From the human T2T-CHM13v2.0 reference genome, Homo sapiens: a stretch of DNA of 64,000 bases. A program made the translations under genes and the position numbers. The stretch lies in NCBI RefSeq assembly GCF_009914755.1, contig NC_060946.1. One strand, 5' to 3'. Below are positions 55,301-64,000 of this stretch, in pieces (the first letter of the stretch is position 1; every line of letters starts with the position of its first letter). The notes under the pieces are model-generated. The model saw nothing but the letters and a program-made list of their open reading frames with translations. It searched no databases and had not been told where the DNA came from.

Positions 55301-57277
55301 TGACTAGGATCTGCCTACAGAGGTTATTGTGAAATATCTCTGCACTGATAAACTAGGTGGTGTAATCCTTATCGAAGCTCTGCCTACAGGGGCGTTTTCA
55401 CATATCCCTGAAGTGATGACAAAGGTGATGTAACTCTTGCCTAGGCTTTGCCTACAGGGGACATAGGACATATATCTGCACTGATCACCCAGGTGATGCA
55501 ACTCTAGCCTAGGCTTTGCCTACAGGGGACATTGTGACATATCGCTTCAATGGTCACCCATGTGATGCAACACTTGCCTAGGCTTTGCCTACAGGGGACA
55601 TTGTGACATATCTCTGCACTGATCTCCCAGGTGCTGTAACATTAGTCTAGACTCTGGCTACACGGCATTGTGACATATCACTGCACTGATCAACCAGGTG
55701 ATATAACTCTTGTCTAGGCCCTGCCTACAGGGGGCTTGTGACATATCTCTGCACTGATCACCCAGGTGATATAACTCTTCTCTAGGATCTGCCTACAGGG
55801 TGCTTTGCGACATATCCCTGCAATGATCACCCAGGTGATCTAACTCTTGTTTAAGCTCTGCCTAAAGGGGCATTGTGACAGACCTCTGCACTGATCACTC
55901 AGGTGATGTAACTATTGTCTAGGCTCTGCTTAAAGGGGCCTTGTCACATACCTCTGCACTGATCACCCAGGTGATGTAACTCTTGTCTAGCCTCTGCTTT
56001 CACGGCATATTGTGACATATCCATGCGCTGATCACCTTAGTGATGTAACACTTGTGTAGGCTCGGCCTACAGGGGAATATTGACATATCTCTGCACTGTT
56101 AACCGAGGTGATTTAAATCTTGTCTAGGCTGTGCCCACAGGGGGATTGAGACATGTCTCTGCACTGATCCCGAGGTGATCCAACTGTTGCCTGGTCCCTG
56201 CCTACTGGGGACATTGTGACATATCTCTGCACTGATCTCCCAGGTGCTGTAACTTTAGTCTAGGCTCTGGCTACACGGCATTGTGACATATCACTGCACT
56301 GATCACCCAGGTGATATAAATCTTGTCTAGGCTCTGCCTACAATGGCCTTGTGACATATCTCTGCACTGATCACCCAGGTGATATAACTCTTCTCTAGGA
56401 TCTGACCACAGGGTGCTTTGTGGCATTTCCCTGCAATGATCACCCAGGTGATATACCACTTGCCAAGGCTCTGCCTACAGGGGCATTGCAATGTATCTCT
56501 GCACTGATCACCTCGGTCTTGTAACTCTTTTCTAGGATCTGCCCACAGGGTGCCTTGTGACGTATCCCAGCAAGGATTACCCAGGTGATGTACCACTCAT
56601 CAAGGCTCTGCCTACAGGCACATTGCGATGTATCTCTGCACTGATCACCTAGGTCATGTAACTTTTGTCTAGGCTCTGCCTACGATGGCATTGTGACATA
56701 TCTCTGCACTAATCATCCAAGTGATGTAACCCTTGTCTAGGATCTGCCTAAATTAACTTTGTGACATAACCCTGTACTGATCATCCAGGTGATGGGGCTT
56801 TTGTCTAGGCTCTGCCTAAGGGGGCATTGTGACATATTTCTGCATTGATCACCCAGGTGGCGAACTCTTCTCTTGGATCTGCCTATGGGGGCATTGTGAC
56901 AAATCTCTGCACTGATCACCCAGGTGATGTAACTGTTGTGTAACCTCTGCCTACAGGGGAATTGTGAGAGATCTCGCCACTGATCACCCAAGTGATGTAA
57001 CCATTGTCTAGGCTTTGCGTACTGGGTGCTTTGTGACATACCTTTGCACTGATCACCCAGGTGATGTAACACATCTAAGTTCGGCCTAAAGGAGCTTTGT
57101 GACATATCTCTGCACTGATCACTTATGTGATGGAACACTTTTATAAGCACTGCCTACAGGGAATTTTGACAAATCTCTGCACTGATCACCTAGGTGATGT
57201 AACGCTTGTCTACCCTCTGTCCAACGGGGCATTGTGAAATATCTCTGCACTGATCACCCAGGTGATTCAACTCTTGA

Positions 57278-59184
57278 CTAGGATCTGCCTACAGAGGTTA
57301 TTGTGAAATATCTCTGCACTGATAAACTAGGTGGTGTAATCCTTATCGAAGCTCTGCCTACAGGGGCGTTTTCACATATCCCTGAAGTGATGACACAGGT
57401 GATGTAACCCTTGCCTAGGCTTTGCCTACAGGGGACATAGGACATATATCTGCACTGATCACCCAGGTGATGCAACTCTAGCCTAGGCTTTGCCTACAGG
57501 GGACATTGTGACATATCGCTTCAATGATCACCCATGTGATGCAAATCTTGCCTAGCCTTTGCCTACAGGGGACATTGTGACATATCTCTGCACTGATCTC
57601 CCAGGTGCTGTAACATTAGCCTAGACTCTGGCTACACGGCATTGTGACATATCACTGCACTGATCAACCAGGTGATATAACTCTTGTCTAGGCCCTGCCT
57701 ACAGGGGGCTTGTGACATATCTCTGCACTGATCACCCAGGTGATATAACTCTTCTCTAGGATCTGCCTACAGGGTGCTTTGCGACATATCCCTGCAATGA
57801 TCACCCAGGTGATCTAACTCTTGTTTAAGCTCTGCCTAAAGGGGCATTGTGACAGACCTCTGCACTGATCACTCAGGTGATGTAACTATTGTCTAGGCTC
57901 GGCTTTCACGGCATATTGTGACATATCCATGCGCTGATCACCTTAGTGATGTAACACTTGTGTAGGCTCGGCCTACAGGGGAATATTGACATATCTCTGC
58001 ACTGTTAACCGAGGTGATTTAACTCTTGTCTAGGCTGTGCCCACAGGGGGATTGAGACATGTCTCTGCACTGATCCCGAGGTGATCCAACTGTTGCCTGG
58101 TCTCTGCCTACTGGGTACATTGTGACATATCTCTGCACTGATCTCCCAGGTGCTGTAACTTTAGTCTAGGTTCTGGCTACACGGCATTGTGACATATCAC
58201 TGCACTGATCACCCAGGTGATATAAATCTTGTCTAGGCTCTGCCTACAATGGCCTTGTGACATATCACTGCACTGATCACCCAGGTGATATAACTCTTCT
58301 CTAGGATCTGACCACAGGGTGCTTTGTGGCATTTCCCTGCAATGATCACCCTGGTGATATACCACTTGCCAAGGCTCTGCCTACAGGGGCATTGCAATGT
58401 ATCTCTGCACTGATCACCTCGTTCTTGTAACTCCTTTCTAGGATATGCCCACAGGGTGCCTTGTGACGTATCCCAGCAAGGATTACCCAGGTGATGTACC
58501 TCTCATCAAGGCTCTGCCTACAGGCACATTGCGATGTATCTCTGCACTGATCACCTAGGTCATGTAACTTTTGTCTAGGCTCTGCCTACGATGGCATTGT
58601 GACATATCTCTGCACTAATCATCCAAGTGATGTAACCCTTGTCTAGGATCTGCCTAAATTAACTTTGTGACATAACCCTGTACTGATCATCCAGGTGATG
58701 GGGCTTTTGTCTAGGCTCTGCCTTAAGGGGGCATTGTGACATATTTCTGCATTGATCACCCAGGTGGCGAACTCTTCTCTTGGATCTGCCTATGGGGTCA
58801 TTGTGACAAATCTCTGCACTGATCACCCAGGTGATGTAACTGTTGTGTAACCTCTGCCTACAGGGGAATTGTGAGAGATCTCGCCACTGATCACCCAAGT
58901 GATGTAACCATTGTCTAGGCTTTGCGTACAGGGGGCTTTGTGACATACATTTGCACTGATCACCCAGGTGATGTAACACATCTAAGTTCGACCTAAAGGA
59001 GCTTTGTGACATATCTCTGCACTGATCACTTAGGTGATGGAACACTTTTATAAGCACTGCCTACAGGGAATTTTGACAAATCTCTGCACTGATCACCTAG
59101 GTGATGTAACTCTTGTCTACCCTCTGTCCAACGGGGCATTGTGAAATATCTCTGCACTGATCACCCAGGTGATTCCACTCTTGA
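57278..59184. repeat. Variant 28-mer HOR (1907 bp)
   Basis: At ~57900, CTATTGTCTAGGCTCGGCTTTCACGG fuses two monomers and drops the GCTTAAAGGGGCCTTGTCACATACC monomer (-68). A +1 T lies at ~58723. Confidence 0.85.
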
Positions 59185-62100
59185 CTAGGATCTGCCTACA
59201 GAGGTTATTGTGAAATATCTCTGCACTGATAAACTAGGTGGTGTAATCCTTATCGAAGCTCTGCCTACAGGGGCGTTTTCACATATCCCTGAAGTGATGA
59301 CAAAGGTGATGTAACCCTTGCCTAGGCTTTGCCTACAGGGGACATAAGACATATATCTGCACTGATCACCCAGGTGATGCAACTCTAGCCTAGGCTTTGC
59401 CTACAGGGGACATTGTGACATATCGCTTCAATGATCACCCAAGTGATGCAACTCTTGCCTAGGCTTTGCCTACAGGGGACATTGTGACATAAATCTGCAC
59501 TGATCTCCCAGGTGCTGTAACATTAGTCTAGACTCTGGCTACACGGCATTGTGACATATCACTGCACTGATCAACCAGGTGATATAACTCTTGTCTAGGC
59601 CCTGCCTACAGGGGGCTTGTGACATATCTCTGCACTGATCACCCAGGTGATATAACTCTTCTCTAGGATCTGCCTACAGGGTGCTTTGCGACATATCCCT
59701 GCAATGATCACCCAGGTGATCTAACTCTTGTTTAAGCTCTGCCTAAAGGGGCATTGTGACAGACCTCTGCACTGATCACTCAGGTGATGTAACTATTGTC
59801 TAGGCTCTGCTTAAAGGGGCCTTGTCACATACCTCTGCACTGATCACCCAGGTGATGTAACTCTTGTCTAGACTCTGTTTCACGGCATATTGTGACATAT
59901 CTATGCGCTGATCACCTTAGTGATGTAACACTTGTGTAGGCTCGGCCTACAGGGGAATATTGACATATCTCTGCACTGTTAACCGAGGTGATTTAACTCT
60001 TGTCTAGGCTGTGCCCACAGGGGGATTGAGACATGTCTCTGCACTGATCCCGAGGTGATCCAACTGTTGCCTGGTCTCTGCCTACTGGGGACATTGTGAC
60101 ATATCTCTGCACTGATCTCCCAAGTGCTGTAACTTTAGGCTAGGCTCTGGCTACACGGCATTGTGACATATCACTGCACTGATCACCCAGGTGATATAAA
60201 TCTTGTCTAGGCTCTGCCTACAATGGCCTTGTGACATATCACTGCACTGATCACCCAGGTGATATAACTGTTCTCTAGGATCTGACCACAGGGTGCTTTG
60301 TGGCATTTCCCTGCAATGATCACCCAGGTGATATACCACTTGCCAAGGCTCTGCCTACAGGGGCATTGCAATGTATTTCTGCACTGATCACCTCGTTCTT
60401 GTAACTCGTTTCTAGGATCTGCCCACAGGGTGCCTTGTGACGTATCCCAGCAAGGATTACCCAGGTGATGTACCTCTCATCAAGGCTCTGCCTACAGGCA
60501 CATTGCGATGTATCTCTGCACTGATCACCTAGGTCATGTAACTTTTGTCTAGGCTCTGCCTACGATGGCATTGTGACATATCTCTGCACTAATCATCCAA
60601 GTGATGTAACCCTTGTCTAGGATCTGCCTAAATTAACTTTGTGACATAACCCTGTACTGATCATCCAGGTGATGGGGCTTTTGTCTAGGCTCTGCCTTAA
60701 GGGGGCATTGTGACATATTTCTGCATTGATCACCCAGGTGGCGAACTCTTCTCTTGGATCTGCCTATGGGGGCATTGTGACAAATCTCTGCACTGATCAC
60801 CCAGGTGATGTAACTGTTGTGTAACCTCTGCCTACAGGGGAATTGTGAGAGATCTCGCCACTGATCACCCAAGTGATGTAACCATTGTCTAGGCTTTGCG
60901 TACAGGGGGCTTTGTGACATACCTTTGCACTGATCACCCAGGTGATGTAACACATCTATGTTCGACCTAAAGGAGCTTTGTGACATATCTCTGCACTGAT
61001 CACTTAGGTGATGGAACACTTTTATAAGCACTGCCTACAGGGAATTTTGACAAATCTCTGCACTGATCACCTAGGTGATGTAACGCTTGTCTACCCTCTG
61101 TCCAACGGGGCATTGTGAAATATCTCTGCACTGATCACCCAGGTGATTCCACTCTTGACTAGGATCTGCCTACAGAGGTTATTGTGAAATATCTCTGCAC
61201 TGATAAACTAGGTGGTGTAATCCTTATCGAAGCTCTGCCTACAGGGGCGTTTTCACATATCCCTGAAGTGATGACAAAGGTGATGTAACCCTTGCCTAGG
61301 CTTTGCCTACAGGGGATATAAGACATATATCTGCACTGATCACCAAGGTGATGCAACTCTAGCCTAGGCTTTGCCTACAGGGGACATTGTGACATATCGC
61401 TTCAATGATCACCCATGTGATGCAACTCTTGCCTACGCTTTGCCTACAGGGGACATTGTGACATAAATCTGCACTGATCTCCCAGGGGCTGTAACATTAG
61501 TCTAGACTCTGGCTACACGGCATTGTGACATATCACTGCACTGATCAACCAGGTGATATAACTCTTGTCTAGGCCCTGCCTACAGGGGGCTTGTGACATA
61601 TCTCTGCACTGATCACCCAGGTGATATAACTCTTCTCTAGGATCTGCCTACAGGGTGCTTTGCGACATATCCCTGCAATGATCACCCAGGTGATCTAACA
61701 CTTGTTTAAGCTCTGCCTAAAGGGGCATTGTGACAGACCTCTGCACTGATCACTCAGGTGATGTAACTATAGTCTAGGCTCTGCTTAAAGGGGCCTTGTC
61801 ACATACCTCTGCACTGATCACCCAGGTGATGTAACTCTTGTCTAGACTCTGTTTCACGGCATATTGTGACATATCTATGCGCTGATCACCTTAGTGATGT
61901 AACACTTGTGTAGGCTCGGCCTACAGGGGAATATTGACATATCTCTGCACTGTTAACCGAGGTGATTTAACTCTTGTCTAGGCTGTGCCCACAGGGGGAT
62001 TGAGACATGTCTCTGCACTGATCCCGAGGTGATCCAACTGTTGCCTGGTCTCTGCCTACTGGGGACATTGTGACATATCTCTGCACTGATCTCCCAGGTG

Positions 62101-64000
62101 CTGTAACTTTAGTCTAGGCTCTGGCTACACGGCATTGTGACATATCACTGCACTGATCACCCAGGTGATATAAATCTTGTCTAGGCTCTGCCTACAATGG
62201 CCTTGTGACATATCTCTGCACTGATCACCCAGGTGATACAACTCTTCTCTAGGATCTGACCACAGGGTGCTTTGTGGCATTTCCCTGCAATGATCACCCA
62301 GGTGATATACCACTTGCCAAGGCTCTGCCTACAGGGGCATTGCAATGTATCTCTGCACTGATCACCTCGGTCTTGTAACTCTTTTCTAGGATCTGCCCAC
62401 AGGGTGCCTTGTGACGTATCCCAGCAAGGATTACCCAGGTGATGTACCTCTCATCAAGGCTCTGCCTACAGGCACATTGCGATGTATCTCTGCACTGATC
62501 ACCTAGGTCATGTAACTTTTGTCTAGGCTCTGCCTACGATGGCATTGTGACATATCTCTGCACTAATCATCCAAGTGATGTAACCCTTGTCTAGGATCTG
62601 CCTAAATTAACGATGTGACATAACCCTGTACTGATCATCCAGGTGATGGGGCTTTTGTCTAGGCTCTGCCTAAGGGGGCATTGTGACATATTTCTGCATT
62701 GATCACCCAGGTGGCAAACTCTTCTCTTGGATCTGCCTATGGGGGCATTGTGACAAATCTCTGCACTCATCACCCAGGTGATGTAACTGTTGTGTAACCT
62801 CTGCCTACAGGGGAATTGTGAGAGATCTCACCACTGATCACCCAAGTGATGTAACCATTGTCTAGGCTTTGCGTACAGGGGGCTTTGTGACATACCTTTG
62901 CACTGATCACCCAGGTGATGTAACACATCTAAGTTCGGCCTAAAGGAGCTTTGTGACATACCTCTGCACTGATCACTTAGGTGATGGAACACTTTTATAA
63001 GCACTGCCTACAGGGAATTTTGACAAATCTCTGCACTGATCACCTAGGTGATGTAACGCTTGTCTACCCTCTGTCCAACGGGGCATTGTGAAATATCTCT
63101 GCACTGATCACCCAGGTGATTCAACTCTTGACTAGGATCTGCCTACAGAGGTTATTGTGAAATATCTCTGCACTGATAAACTAGGTGGTGTAATCCTTAT
63201 CGAAGCTCTGCCTACAGGGGCGTTTTCTCATATCTCTGAAGTGATGACAAAGGTGATGTAACCCTTGCCTAGGCTTTGTCTACAGGGGACATAGGACATA
63301 TATCTGCACTGATCACCCAGGTGATGCAACTCTAGCCTAGGCTTTGCCTACAGGGGACATTGTGACATATCGCTTCAATGATCACCCATGTGATGCAACT
63401 CTTGCCTAGGCTTTGCCTACAGGGGACATTGTGACATATCTCTGCACTGATCTCCCAGGTGCTGTAACATTAGTCTAGACTCTGGCTACACGGCATTGTG
63501 ACATATCACTGCACTGATCAACCAGGTGATATAACACTTTTCTAAGCCCTGCCTCCAGGGGGCTTGTGACATATCTCTGCACTGATCACCCAGGTGATAT
63601 AACTCTTCTCTAGGATCTGCCTACAGGGTGCTTTGCGACATATCCCTGCAATGATCACCCAGGTGATCTAACTCTTGTTTAAGCTCTGCCTAAAGGGGCA
63701 TTGTGACAGACCTCTGCACTGATCACTCAGGTGATGTAACTATTGTCTAGGCTCTGCTTAAAGGGGCCTTGTCACATACCTCTGCACTGATCACCCAGGT
63801 GATGTAACTCTTGTCTAGCCTCTGCTTTCACGGCATATTGTGACATATCTATGCGCTGATCACCTTAGTGATGTAACACTTGTGTAGGCTCGGCCTACAG
63901 GGGAATATTGACATATCTCTGCACTGTTAATCGTGGTGATTTAACTCTTGTCTAGGCTGTGCCCACAGGGGAATTGAGACATGTCTCTGCACTGATCCCG

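Larger units (their letters stand above)
581..63131. repeat. 29-monomer higher-order repeat of 1974 bp: 31 marker-to-marker units (canonical and variant) plus partial flanks; probably the acrocentric-type ~2.0-kb beta-satellite HOR
   Basis: The 65-aa marker ORF starts at 581, 2552, 4454, 6701, 8675, 10649, 12623, 14598, 16572, 18546, 20520, 22494, 24468, 26443, 28417, 30391, 32364, 34270, 36243, 38217, 40736, 42710, 44684, 47271, 49382, 51356, 53330, 55304, 57278, 59185 and 61159, with modal spacing 1974. I counted 29 monomer cores between ~554 and ~2525. Unique landmarks (CCTAAATTAAC, CACTTTTATAAGC, CCTTATCGAAG) occur once per unit. Confidence 0.93.
1..64000. repeat. Beta satellite (68-bp Sau3A / BSR-Beta) tandem array, ~940 monomers, single orientation
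   Basis: A ~68-bp monomer with the core CTGCACTGATCACCCAGGTGATGTAAC...TCTAGGCTCTGCCTACAGGGG..TTGTGACATAT recurs continuously from base 1 to 64000, with a GATC (Sau3A) site in most monomers. The monomer length and sequence match the known primate beta-satellite family. Confidence 0.97.

Noticed and set aside
82-62773. Recurring minus-strand ORFs (60-150 aa; HHLGDQC / YITWVISAEICH motifs)
   Set aside because: They are translations of the 68-bp monomer in rotating frames and recur every HOR. They are freely broken by frameshifts and stops among copies and show no recognisable domain, so the His/Cys pattern is not a real zinc finger.
1-64000. CRISPR-like appearance: a partly palindromic conserved core every ~68 bp with variable sequence between
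   Set aside because: The intervening sequences are homologous to each other rather than unique spacers, the pattern repeats every 29 units, no cas genes are present, and the sequence is a recognised primate satellite.
1-64000. Alpha satellite or CENP-B-box centromeric array
   Set aside because: The monomer is 68 bp rather than 171 bp, and I saw no CENP-B box.
1-64000. Hidden non-satellite insertion, inversion or novel gene system
   Set aside because: Every deviation from 1974-bp spacing is explained by whole-monomer gains or losses and 1-3 bp indels, leaving no room for foreign sequence. All marker ORFs stay on the same strand.

Overview
The whole 64 kb window is one uninterrupted, single-orientation array of primate (human-type) beta satellite (68-bp Sau3A family; RepeatMasker class BSR/Beta). 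About 940 diverged ~68-bp monomers (consensus roughly CTCTGCACTGATCACCCAGGTGATGTAACTCTTGTCTAGGCTCTGCCTACAGGGGCATTGTGACATAT) are organised into about 32 near-identical copies of a 29-monomer, 1974-bp higher-order repeat (HOR). The unit size fits the ~2.0-kb beta-satellite HOR classically described on the acrocentric short arms; I have not aligned it to confirm this. I found no genes, RNAs, transposons or CRISPR arrays, and every ORF in the track is a by-product of the repeat. What is informative is the array's internal history. It includes an old internal duplication within the HOR, with its two copies 9 monomers apart, that seeds 37/38-mer variants. There are also 28-, 31- and 33-mer variant HORs, nested 4-HOR (7897 bp) and 2-HOR (3948 bp) block duplications with mappable junctions, short conversion-like patches, and variant haplotypes shared 25-49 kb apart. 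Unit lengths come from the spacing of the recurring 65-aa ORF. Breakpoint coordinates were read by eye and are approximate.
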